Assembly (NCBI RefSeq): GCF_001194135.2
Contig: NC_068990.1
Span: 35,431,170-35,493,918 of the forward strand
DNA length: 62,749 bases
Direction of reading: 5' to 3'
Source: Octopus bimaculoides
Lineage: Eukaryota
Under the pieces are notes generated by a model. It saw only the letters and a program-made list of their open reading frames with translations. It was not told where the DNA came from and searched no databases. This document shows positions 25,246-38,754 of the stretch, piece by piece (position 1 is the first letter of the stretch; the number at the start of each line of letters is the position of its first letter). A program made the translations under genes and the position numbers.

Positions 25246-27670
25246 GGATCCCAGGTTTTATTAGGGACCGTTGATAAACCATTGAAATTAGCCTATTGTA
25301 TATATACCTACTCAAATGCATGTGGGTTTATATATATCCGTGTGTGTTTGTGTTTGTGCGTGTATCTAGTTGCATTTCATTATGCTTATATTGAGATGTT
25401 AAAGTGACTGGGATACCTACCAACCTAATCAAAGGATAATAGTTCATGTTCAGTTTGATATTTGATTGATACACGTCCGAAGACAAAACGAGATAGGTGT
25501 GAATTTATTCACATAGAAAATTGAGCGTGGAGTACATTATTGAAAGTATTTTGTGGTGACTTTAGCTGGTGAGGTTGAATAAAAATGATGAGAGGGGAAT
25601 TGTTAGTGATCACGGATGAATATATGTAGATGTTTCATAGTTTCAGTGCATAAAAATCAGTTCTGCTCTGCAAGGGTATTAATATATAGAAATCGTTTTT
25701 AAGTGATACAAGTTTTAATTTGTTGGTACACAAACAAGAAGTTATTTATCGTCCGAATTGCATTATTATCGCTGTCTTATTCCGTTTCTGTATACCATAA
25801 CATTAGAGAGACAAATGGCAGGCCAGTTTATTTGATTTAGTTATTCGTTAGATTTACTGAAGAACACCGAAATAATTTGAATGATTACTCTGTATTTAGT
25901 GTATGTTTTGTAGTTAGTATAGTAATAACTTTCCGATATTTAGCATATGTTTGGTAGGGTATGTATACATGTATTATGTATTATGTATGTATGTATATGC
26001 ATACACACAAGAACACAGGCTCTTGTCCGCCGTGCGCACAAACACACACACATACATACACACACAAACACACACACACACACGCTCTCACACACACACA
26101 CACACGAAATGTCCGTCAAATTTATGGCTTTCAGAGCGTCTAAATTTCACATTTCCCCGTAGCTACGATTATTCTAGAGTTAAAGAGAATATCTATTTCG
26201 ACAGTCTGGTCATATCTGCGAATGTCATGGTTATAGTTTCTCCCACCTGATTAAAACCTGGACAAAATATAAAATTCGGACATTAATTGGTCACGTAATA
26301 AAAAGTATAAGATTTTTGATTGCAATTTCCATTATTCTCCAAGATTTTCAACAAGACTCTATAATCCGCACTTCAACATTAACGTTTTCTGTGAAATGAC
26401 GAGTGAGTTGCTGTGGTTCACAAATGGATTAAATGTATATAGTAATTTAGCATTCCTATTTTTGTGGATCCTTTGCATGCAAACATAAATAGCTTGTGTT
26501 ACTCTATTTGGATGCGTTACATTTATTTCAAATTCTGTAAGCAGGATTTTCAACTGAATACAGAAATGTGTAGTGTGAAGTATACGGATTACATGTATAC
26601 GCTACACATACACACACACACACACATATATATATAGTCAGACATACATATACACACGCACACATTCTATAGTTTATGTATAATCTGTATGGAATTTTCA
26701 ACTGTATTACTCTAAATCTCTGACGTCATATGAGAGCAATTGCTATACTTGAGGAAGGGATTTAGTCTCAGTATATTAAGATTACATCTTAAGCTTGTAA
26801 TCCCCACGTTGGCGTTCACTATTCCATGAGTCTATATAATGGCGCAATATGTATGTATATATGAGTGAATGGATGGATGGATGTATATAGATATGTATAT
26901 ATATATGCATATATACACACACACACACACGCACACACACACACACACACATATATATATGCATATATATGCGTCCATGTATATATGTATATACACGCAC
27001 ATACCACACACACACAGATATATATATATGCACACAAACAAATAAATATACGCATATGATATCTACATGTACGTATCTACATACATTTGCACATCTTTGA
27101 TGTTTGTATACATACATTGATACATATATTTGTTTGTATTTGTGTATGTGTATGCGTGTGAGTGTGTGGATATGTCTACATGTATGTATGCACATATGTG
27201 AGCTCGTATTTTAGTTGCGATTTAAACTTAACTAAATTATATGATTACTTAGTTAATAAAAAATACATTGACAAATTGATTTGTAAAAGTGCATTGATCC
27301 TACTCCGTAATCTTACCCATGACAGAGCCCTTTCTAACAGTTTTCGATTGATAGTGTTTATGCGTTGCTTTCTTTGAGTGCCGTAGCAACAGTGATCGAT
27401 ATAAAACCGACAATTGTTTCCTATCTGAAGAAACATGGTATAATTGTATAGTTTACTACTAACGTAGAGGATCACTGCATTAGGTACTGGTAGCGAATAA
27501 TTTTAGCGCCTTATATGTATTATCAACAAACATCATTAATATAATTCTTTAAAATGCCACAGAAAGAAGTAAAGGAAATCGTTATACGTTAAAAGTAGTG
27601 GAGTTGAATGAGAGAAGGCTGAGCTTATCTTACAATAGTTTTGCTTGTCGTTGCGTTACTTAGCCTGTCG

Positions 27671-27966
27671 GTAACGCTTTCTCGTGATTAGAGAAAAAAG
27701 GGAGCAAGAAAAGAGAGGAGGATAGAGGAGAAAAAGAAGGAAAGGGAAGTCCATGACATGAGGTAGAGGAATGTAATTGTAACGCTTTCACGTGATTAGT
27801 TGAAGGGAAAGGGAGGAGAAAGAAAAAGAACAGAGGAAATAGAGAAAAAGAGAAGGTGAAGAGTGAAACAGGAAGAAGGAGAAAGAATAAGAGAGAATGA
27901 AAAAAAACGGAGAGAGAAAAAGAGAGAAAGAGAAGCGTCCACGACGTGAGGTAGAGGGAACGTAAT
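27671..27966 (+). repeat. Two-unit direct repeat with conserved ends and variable polypurine core
   Basis: gtaacgctttc(t/a)cgtgattag [A/G tract] gtcca(t/c)gac(a/g)tgaggtagagg..a(t/c)gtaat at 27671-27778 and 27779-27966. Confidence 0.85.
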
Positions 27967-29733
27967 AACTTTAGCAGAGGTAGAGAAAGAGGGGTATCGC
28001 TTGTAAGGAATTATTAAGTCAGGTATATTCAGGATGGTATGTGAAGGTATATTTGATTGAGCTTACAAATGTGGGTGTGTGTATGAGTGTGTGTAAATTA
28101 AACGATATGCGTGTACGTCTGTGTTTGCGTGTATGTGCGTTTATGTGTAGACATATAGATGCATTCTTGACACAACATATTTCTATAAACTATTGAAACC
28201 TTGCGTACACAATTTGATATAAACAAAATCTACCTGTTGCCTAAAAATCGATCCACAAAACTAGGAAAGCTAAATTACCGTATGCATTTAATTCACACAC
28301 ACACACACGCCCACAAACACAAACACGCCCACACACTCACACATACACGCACACATATATGTATATAATCCATATATATACATATACTTATATAGAAATA
28401 TTTAATCCATATATGTATATGTTTGTGGATGTTTGCGTGTGTCTGTATATATGTATGCATGTATGTATAGCATCCGTTAAAAGATATGGTACATGAAACA
28501 GCGGAAACCCGTTGAATTCGGCGTTAAAATGGGTTTCCAAATTATGAACACAACCTAAAAACTCTAAATTCATATTCCAGTATTTTACGATATTTTAATC
28601 TCATTTTGTAGGATATTATTATTCACTGCAATATATAAATGTCATTGCTTTGAGAATGAATTATTTATGGTTTAATATTTTCTAGATTTTGTCATATTAT
28701 TTCTTAGCTTTACCCTGTCTTCTTTCAGCAGCCAGATTTATAGAAGCTGTTCTACAGTTCTTTGTTAATCAGTATATGTACACATGTGCGTGAGTATGTA
28801 TGCAAGATACATTTGTGGGCGCACATTAATATATATATATATATATNNNNNNNNNNNNNNNNNNNNNNNNNNNNNNNNNNNNNNNNNNNNNNNNNNNNNN
28901 NNNNNNNNNNNNNNNNNNNNNNNNNNNNNNNNNNNNNNNNNNNNNNNNNNNNNNNNNNNNNNNNNNNNNNNNNNNNNNNNNNNNNNNNNNNNNNNNNNNN
29001 NNNNNNNNNNNNNNNNNNNNNNNNNNNNNNNNNNNNNNNNNNNNNNNNNNNNNNNNNNNNNNNNNNNNNNNNNNNNNNNNNNNNNNNNNNNNNNNNNNNN
29101 NNNNNNNNNNNNNNNNNNNNNNNNNNNNNNNNNNNNNNNNNNNNNNNNNNNNNNNNNNNNNNNNNNNNNNNNNNNNNNNNNNNNNNNNNNNNNNNNNNNN
29201 NNNNNNNNNNNNNNNNNNNNNNNNNNNNNNNNNNNNNNNNNNNNNNNNNNNNNNNNNNNNNNNNNNNNNNNNNNNNNNNNNNNNNNNNNNNNNNNNNNNN
29301 NNNNNNNNNNNNNNNNNNNNNNNNNNNNNNNNNNNNNNNNNNNNNNNNNNNNNNNNNNNNNNNNNNNNNNNNNNNNNNNNNNNNNNNNNNNNNNNNNNNN
29401 NNNNNNNNNNNNNNNNNNNNNNNNNNNNNNNNNNNNNNNNNNNNNNNNNNNNNNNNNNNNNNNNNNNNNNNNNNNNNNNNNNNNNNNNNNNNNNNNNNNN
29501 NNNNNNNNNNNNNNNNNNNNNNNNNNNNNNNNNNNNNNNNNNNNNNNNNNNNNNNNNNNNNNNNNNNNNNNNNNNNNNNNNNNNNNNNNNNNNNNNNNNN
29601 NNNNNNNNNNNNNNNNNNNNNNNNNNNNNNNNNNNNNNNNNNNNNNNNNNNNNNNNNNNNNNNNNNNNNNNNNNNNNNNNNNNNNNNNNNNNNNNNNNNN
29701 NNNNNNNNNATATATGTATATGCGTGTATATAC

Positions 29734-29787
<54 letters not shown>

Positions 29788-29788
29788 T

Positions 29789-29829
<41 letters not shown>

Positions 29830-31887
29830 AAATGTATAAATGCATATATATATGCATATATATATATATATATAATCAAAATAAGCAACCAGGATATCCA
29901 GAAGTAAAGCAGTACTATCGTTTCATGGCACTCCATTTAATTGAACAATGTAATCATTACATCAATTTAAAATGCAGATCAATCCTCATCTGCACAAAGA
30001 CATAGAATTTAATTAAATTAGAACAGATTGACACATTAGTATAATTATGCCTAAAATTTGCAAGAAATTAAGGAGATAGACAAAGAATATGTTACTTCAA
30101 TTACAACATAGAAGTTAATAAATAAAATGTGAAGGAGACTGTTAGTAACTGATTATATTTGTTTCTTTAGTTTTAATTTATAGACTAGCTTATGAAACCT
30201 TGTATATCTAAGGCTTGAGAAAATAAAATGCATTATCTGTTAGGGGTAGGGGTGAGAGAGCAATCATGGTTGGTATAGTCATAAAATCATGAGGTTTGGT
30301 AAAGGAAAACAAGATGTTGGTTGACAACTAAGCGGGGTCGCCCATAGCAGACCGTTGATATGGAAACAGGGGAAGTCTTATCCTTTAGTTCTATAGTTAA
30401 ACGTTTAAAAATGATGTTCCTATATTGCATACAGATTAAGTTTATGGCTATTCAGACGGTTATTAAGAAGAATATATTAACAAAAGGATAGAAATTTATG
30501 GATAATTTTGAGTATATGCTAAACTTTTACCACAACAGAGGGAGGAAAAGAAAATTATCCAGAAATAGTTTAATTTTTATACATATCGTACACATAAATA
30601 CTAACTCATCATATGGTGTCTATGGATATTGATTGAAAGGTATACTGGTATTAATAAAGGAGTATTGAGGTAAAAGAACATTCTAATTATATATTAAGAA
30701 AATTATATTCGAAGAATTTTTATTTTATATGCAGTTAATATAGCAGTATAGTTTTATATAAGCTAAGTATGGATTTCTAGAGATACAAATATTAGCTTCA
30801 TTTATTTATGAATATATAAAGTCTAATTATAAATTAATAAAGAAATGAAATAAAATAATCAATTAGTACAGAATACCATAGAAATAAAATAGCTTAATTA
30901 CTAATGCTATGGTAAAGTATATTTAGCTTATTAACACCAATAGTGAAGATTGATAGAAACAGTATAATAACTTAAAATACATTGAACTAAAAATTATATA
31001 TTTAACATATTTTGCTAATATCAATAAAAGATTGATGTCTGGTATCAGTTTAATGAATATTTAAGTTATGGAACATTCAAATTTTACACTAATCTATCTA
31101 TATATAAACTGAGGGATTATATTATAGGTTTAAGAAGTTATTATTTTTACTCCTTATATATTTATAGCTTGTTTGTGGTACTTGTTTAAAAGGGGTTATT
31201 TATATAAAGGCGTTTATAAAATACGAAGATCAGGAGGGTAGAACCATTTAAGAGAAAAATCAAGTAACCTCCAATACATGCATGGACATATATATATATA
31301 CCTATGCGTGTATGTGTATACATACATATATACATACATACATACATACATACATCATATACATACATACATACATACATATATATATATANNNNNNNNN
31401 NTATATGAAATATATATATGAAATATATATATGAAATATATATTTATGAAATATTTTGACTAATGGGTATATGTCAGTTAGTGTGCTGATATGTTGAGTA
31501 AAGAACTGGTGCTTGTATTTGTGTGTGTAGCGATATAATTTGATTGTGTCAGTACCTTCTGCTACCTTGTGGGCTGATTCCTTATTATCTGCTGAAAAAG
31601 CACCCTGTGTTTCCTGGAGAAAACCTCATACAGGTAGGTCTTTACAACCTCTCCAGAGTTAAAGATTCATCCTTTCGATAAACTGTGAAGAGAGTAGACT
31701 CTGGTAGTGTTGTGATGCAGGGCAATGTTCTTACGATTGGTATATGATGGACAGTTCTGTATTATATAGGTTACGTAGGCAGACTCGATTTTTCGGTCAC
31801 AGACACAAAGACACACACACAGACACACACACACATAAACACACACACACACACACAAATGTGTGTGTGTCTGTGTGTCTATAAATA

Positions 31888-31915
31888 GATCAATCTATCT
31901 ATCTATATGTACCTA

Positions 31916-31998
<83 letters not shown>

Positions 31999-32027
31999 AC
32001 GTAGATTGATAGATAGATAGATAGATA
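31888..32027. repeat. (ATCT)n followed directly by inverted (AGAT)n
   Basis: Direct; the switch occurs at tacgta (31998-32003). Confidence 0.9.
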
Positions 32028-32699
32028 CTTTTCTTAACCTAGGTGCGTATTTGTGCATGTGGAAGCGCGATACACAGACACACACGAACGCTACTTCATG
32101 CTTTTCATGTCCCTATGTGCTTAATCCTTACTTTGTATATGCGCTCTTGTTTACAAATGAAATAGTTCTCTGAGAGAAGTATAATTAAGCAGACAACCAT
32201 TAATCAGAATAGTAAATTTGTATTTGTATTCCGTATACAAAGCATTCCCTGGGGTATTTTACGTTAGCCATATTATACAGTATTATATATTAGAATTTTG
32301 TATTTCGTACAAAATTACTATACAATGTCTTAGTGTTGCACTCGTGCTGACAGGGTTATAAATGACATATTGTTGTTAGATTATGTTTCTTACATTTAGC
32401 CTTAGGATATCTCAGAGTGAGTTGCTCTATAATTAAAGAAATTATAACCGTCAGGATTTTGTAGCTTTCCATTTCTTCTATTGCACTTTTGTAATCTGAA
32501 ATATCCTTCCTCTTCTTGGAAACTGGATATTGAATTTATGGAAATATGTTATTATTTCTAGCTGGTGGTGTGACCGTGCTCACGTTTCCTCGCTGTTTTC
32601 TGGTATTGTAAATAACATATGATGTCTCTCACATTCATTAATAAAAAGTTTTCTGAACAATTTTTCACCATAGAAGATAATAGCTTCAAGCTACAAGAG

Positions 32700-34560
32700 T
32701 CTGTCATAGTATATATTGTTTAACGTTCATCAGATTAGTAATAGGTAATGCGTCATACGCAGACAATTTTCGTATGGGAGAATATTCATTCTCTTCCCAG
32801 AGTTTTTCCATTAAAATTGATTGCAAATGAAAGAAAATGGCTTCAGCAAACTTCAGTCTAATTTCGTCTTTTACATTAATTCGCATATATAATGACTGGA
32901 ATATAGTATAGTATTGCTGTGTTGTACGACATCCGTTCCACAATAACGTAGATCTACGTTCAAACATGGGCAATGCATTGTGCATGAAATGCGATTGATA
33001 GATACTGTGCGAATTGAAGTGGATAAAATATGTTGAGAGTAGTTAATGTATAATTAGGGAATTTTAGATTGGAATGATGGTACATATCATCTGCATAAGA
33101 GTGGATGTTGTTTGGTGTGTTCGCAAGCAGATCATTAGAGCGTAGATGAAAAGTGGTAGGAATAGAACAGAATCCAGGTAAAGACTTATAATTGACAGTA
33201 CGTGGGGAAAAGAGCTCCGTCAAGATATGGTGCGATTTGGTAAGAAATTACTAGTCCAAGAGATGAGTAATGGGTGAAGCCGTAGATATATTATCTTGAG
33301 AGGAACTATGCATGCCGGACTCAGAAGGAGGATTTGGTAATATCTAGAGCAACGCATTGTTTTCACGTTACTTCTCTAAATCGCAAGTCCATAGTCGAGT
33401 GGCATAAGAGAGTAGGTTTCCAGAGGATCTGGCTCTACCGAAGCCTTACTAGTGTTCCCTATGGAGTGAGTATAGTTCGAGTTAATGGAGATCCCCATTG
33501 TTAATGGCTGCTCCCATTATCATCCAGACGTTAGAAACGAGAATAATGGGACGACAGTTTGTTGAGACCGAAGTGAGTTGCCATTCTTTGGAATAGGTTA
33601 TACTGTAGCATCCCACTAAATGCTAGTGCATAATCCACTAGAGTGTAAGAGATTAAATAGTTTGTTGTGCATAGGAACAAGTTCTGGGTTGCATCACGTC
33701 GAACTGTTTACGAAAGATATTAAGAAGTGGGAAAGACAAAGCATTCGGCTTCTGCCCTGTCTTTGTCGTTGTGAGATGAGTGTGAAATCTTCTGAAGAAT
33801 TCTGGGCATTGAAGTTACCGATGACAGTGACATTGAAGAGGAAAGAGTTGAGGTTTATGTTCTCGAAACGAGGAATGATCAAATAGTAGAATTAGGAAAT
33901 CAATAGATGAAGCAAATTTACTTGAGAAATCTTTGAGCGTAAGAAATTGCAAGTCATCATTCCTAAATCCTCGGTGAGAGAGATGACGGAGAGAATGCGG
34001 AGAGAGAGTGTGTGGCCTCTATCTATGCGCAAACAGCGCCTTTCTGATAGAAGCTGTCGTAGATACTGTATTCTGGTTAGCGGAAATGGAGTCTCAGGAG
34101 ATATAAGTGTTTTATGCCAGAATACAAGGTGATATCCACAATATAGATTGCTAAGAAAAATGCGCATGTTTAAGATGTGGAATTGTCCAAGGGGTATTGA
34201 CCTCTCTTGTAGCGTTAAGTGGAAGCATGGAGGGTAATAGCATCACGTGAAAATGTCTTTTACTGCAGCATAAGTTTGATATCTGTGGGCAGACTACAAA
34301 GTCTAATGTGTGGTATCGGATTGTACGGATGATTTTCGCTTAAAATTATTTAGAGCAGGCAGGAAGAAAAGCTCTTCAGTATCAGGGATTGATTTGGATA
34401 ACTACTTGAGAGTATGACGCTCCTCATCCTCCTGATTTTCGAAGACGGAGACACTGCCATCAATCGAGCAGATATTGTGAGTATAATTGGGTACACACAA
34501 ACTTACTGAAATACTAGTCGGATGAGAAGTACCAGTAATTCAAATGGCAACCCATTTCGC
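32700..34560 (-). mobile_element. Decayed, internally deleted LINE (APE endonuclease + RT; CR1/L2/Jockey group)
   Basis: Minus strand: VIGNFNAQN (about 33805-33825; cf. APE GDFNAH); LRSNDLLANTPNNIHSYADD (YADD at 33086-33097); C-terminal ...MEKLW. Many stops and frameshifts. 5' boundary approximate. Confidence 0.85.
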
Positions 34561-34953
34561 ACTGTCTCATGTAGTTCATACAACAATTCTCCGAGTAGAT
34601 TATTCAATTGATTAAACACTGGGACGTAGTAACATTAGTAATTTGCTAACTTTACTAATATATATATATTTACTAAAAATTGCATTGCTCCTCGCAGTAA
34701 CCGGCAAAGCATTGAAGTCACTACTAAAACTTGCTTCTAAAACTGCTTTTATACACTATGTGAATATATTGAAATCATTTTAAATATTATGGTTCCATGG
34801 ATGTTTTTCAATTATGCATTTTTTCTATATTATGACATTATGTTTTTTTTTCTATAACTACTTATAACAAATGTGTGTGCCTGTATGAGTGTATGTGTAT
34901 GTATGTCTATATACAGGTTTATATGATTGTACAGCTATATCTATAGATCTCTG

Positions 34954-35003
<50 letters not shown>

Positions 35004-36248
35004 CATTCAAATAGAATGTGCATAGTGTCTTCTATAATAGACACTGCACGCGATAAACACTGTTGAATACGCTAGCATCATATAGGAGAAATTGATTCAC
35101 ATACATTTGTCCCGTGGGAAACTATTGTATATGTATCAATACATACTTCTGATTACAATTCACACATCCTATTTATTTCTCAGATGTTTACTATCACTTA
35201 CACTATCAAAGAAACACGTCAATATCTTTGTATATCTTCAGAGATATAGTTTTATCTTTATCAATATATCTGGCCAGTCACGTGCTACATTTTTTAAAGC
35301 TCTTTTCGTATTTTATATGTCCATGTGTCTTTTTAAAATACTGTCTATTTCTCCAAGTCGATTATTCATATAAATGTTATTATGTTATATTAGCTTTCTT
35401 AATTCTCTTCAATCACGGAATGTTGTACACACACATATACTCACACATACCTAGATACGTAGGCCTAAACACTCTTGGAAAAAATATACACACATACAGC
35501 CAGAGATAGAGACACAGGTAGATGTTTACATACGCATAAGAATACAAACATGCACACTTTAGGTAAAATGTCTTATAATGTGGTGAAGTCTATTTAATGT
35601 CAAGTTGAAATGTTATTTAGAAATATTTTTAGTAGCATACTTGCCTTTATATTGTTTGCCTCGATTGGTGAGGGAGAAGCAGAATAAGTTAGGTGCCATA
35701 TAATATACTTCAGCAGTTTTTTACTGGCGACATCTTACGTTCTTGGTTGTACTTTAGATTTAAGCATAAAATACCTTGTAGTAAAATACTAACGTTATTT
35801 TAATCTTCTCGAACTTTCTCAGAAATATGGTCGTCTACATATACACGAAATGGAAAGTAATGTCGGTCTCATTCGAACAATTAAAGGTTTCGTTATTTGA
35901 ATAAAGACAAAAATTATAGATGAAAAAGAACATCTAAAAATGAGAAATATTTATACCAGACCGCTGAAGTAAGAAAATACACGACTGAAGTGATGACTAC
36001 CAAAAATACAAAATACAAATCTGCAATCAATTTGCAAAATCACACACGGAATACTCTTCTCCTAATGTTATATGTAGCAAGTATACATTAGACTATGCAG
36101 TCTTCGAACATGGGAGAGAGATGACTGGCTACATTTCGATGGCATACACTTAGAGCTTGGTTTGATTTACATACATATGCACGCATATTTATGCAGAGAC
36201 AGAAAGAGTTAGATAGATAGACGCATATATATACATACAGATATATAC

Positions 36249-36303
<55 letters not shown>

Positions 36304-36732
36304 TATAATATAATATATATATATATATATATATGCATCCGCGTACATTCCTGCATGCATAAATGCACAATGAACATTCATAAATAGGTCACACTCAAAT
36401 TTGTAACCTACATATTGCCTTATTGCTTTGTTCTAACGAATTTCACATTTAATATGAATACATTCCTTCATCGTAGGCCATTAACGATGGCAATGCTCTG
36501 TCAATGGGGCACACCAGTCACTAATTTTATTCTGCTCGTTGCTTCTATGCATCAAATATTTATGAGCTACTATTCGAAATGTGTTCACAAATTACCGATG
36601 CTAGATGACGCTTTAACACTGATAAGTAGTGACGGTGTATTTATTTGGGCAAAAGTTTCGAAGTGAGGTTACATGCTGCTAGAAACAGATATAAATATAT
36701 GACTCTTGTATAGTTTAGTTCTAGCATATATA

Positions 36733-37148
36733 CTCTTTTACTCTTTTACTTGTTTCAGTCATTTGACTGTGGCCATGCTGGAGCACCACCTTTAGTCGAG
36801 CAAATCGACCCCAGGACTTATTGTTTGGATGCCTAGTACTTATTCTATCGGTCTCTTTTGCCGAATCGCTAAGTTACGGGGACGTAAACACACCACCATC
36901 AGTTGTCAAGCGACGTTGGGGGAACAAACACAGACACACAAACATATACACACACATACATATATATACATATATATATACATATATACGACGGGCTTCT
37001 TTCAGTTTCCGTTTACCAAATCCACTCACAAGGCTTTGGTCGGCCCGAGGCTATAGTAGAAGACACTTCCCCAAGGTGCAACACAGTGGGACTGAACCCA
37101 GAACCATGTGGTTGGTAAACAAGCTACTCACGACACAGCCACTCCCAT
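36733..37148 (-). mobile_element. Full-length, relatively young family A SINE
   Basis: Reverse complement: ggagtggctgtg...ggttctgggttcagtcccactgtgttgcaccttggggaagtgtcttctactatagcctcgggccgaccaaagccttgtgagtggatttggtaaacggaaactgaaagaagcccgtcg...cagtcaaatgactgaaacaagtaaaagagt. Confidence 0.93.
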
Positions 37149-37243
37149 CAATCAGTTGTGCATGAGTCCAAGAAAAAAAAATCATTTTCTAGTAAGCATT
37201 TTTAACCTGTAATATTTTCTNNNNNNNNNNNNNNNNNNNNNNN

Positions 37244-37494
37244 ATATATATATACATATATACGACGGGCTTCTTTCAGTTTCCGTTTACCAAATCCACT
37301 CACAAGGCTTTGGTCGGCCCGAGGCTATAGTAGAAGACACTTCCCCAAGGTGCAACACAGTGGGACTGAACCCAGAACCATGTGGTTGGTAAACAAGCTA
37401 CTCACGACACAGCCACTCCCATCAATCAGTTGTGCATGAGTCCAAGAAAAAAAAATCATTTTCTAGTAAGCATTTTTAACCTGTAATATTTTCT
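37244..37494. other. Apparently identical duplicate of 36970-37220 across a 23-N gap (probable assembly artefact)
   Basis: I saw no mismatch on either side of N 37221-37243, and the copy includes non-SINE flank. Confidence 0.85.
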
Positions 37495-38710
37495 ATAGTC
37501 GTCGGTTATGCTTGATCAGAATGGTACCGTTGTTTTAACGTCTATTATTGCACTGATCAGTATCGGTGATAAGCTAGTGAGTGTTCTTTTTAGATTCAAT
37601 AACTAACAAGCCTCCTCTCTATTATTTTCTTTCCTATAGAGTACATGACTTTCTTCTGTTTGAATATTCCAGTTTTCTGAACTTAATTTTTATGGAGCCC
37701 AACGAAGTATCATATGAACATCTCCTCCCTATGCGTGAGTTCATTTTAGTTTTAAAGTGTGGTTCGATGATCTTATTTCATTCACTTAAACTGTGCTGTT
37801 ATTACTGCTGCAAATTTTGTATGTCGCAGAAAAAGCTTGGCATACACTCCGGTGCGAGAAATAATGCCAGGATCATTGTTAACTCAGGATGTAACTAGTT
37901 CGGTATAGCTAACCTCTTGTTTTGGTTATCATACGGGGAGTACACTGAACATTTATACATGATATTGACTATGCATTTCTATCATAACGAATTGCTGCTA
38001 ACTATGTGGTTCACCTATATCCTAAACATATGTGTAGAGTTTACCTACGTGATCTCTCCGCTTTTATTTGTGACATTACGTAGAAAACGTTTACACAATG
38101 GTGTTGTGTTAACACAAACTACATGCTCCTCGGCCACCAACTGAAGTGAATAAGATGCCAAAGGCTACAGTTGAACAAATACTACTCTAAAATGTTTGCA
38201 TGATATATTACTTGCCCTGTTTAATCTGCTAAAATTCTGCATCTCTAGTATGCAGCATTACAGATGTCAGATTTGTTACTTCGGCTCAGATGTTCCTATA
38301 CTCGCGCGCGCGTTTGTGTGTAATGCTGCATGTATATAAATGAATATGTGAAAATATACGTATACATATATGTCTATCCGTTTCTCAATATGAGTACATA
38401 TATATATATATATATATATATATTGAGAGACAGATAGACAGATAGACAGATATGTATACTTATATTTATACGTATACATGTATACGTATATATATANNNN
38501 NNNNNNNNNNNNNNNNNNNNNNNNNNNNNNNNNNNNNNNNNNNNNNNNNNNNNNNNNNNNNNNNNNNNNNNNNNNNNNNNNNNNNNNNNNNNNNNNNNNN
38601 NNNNNNNNNNNNNNNNNNNNNNNNNNNNNNNNNNNNNNNNNNNNNNNNNNNNNNNNNNNNNNNNNNNNNNNNNNNNNNNNNNNNNNNNNNNNNNNNNNNN
38701 NNNNNNNNNN

Positions 38711-38754
<44 letters not shown>

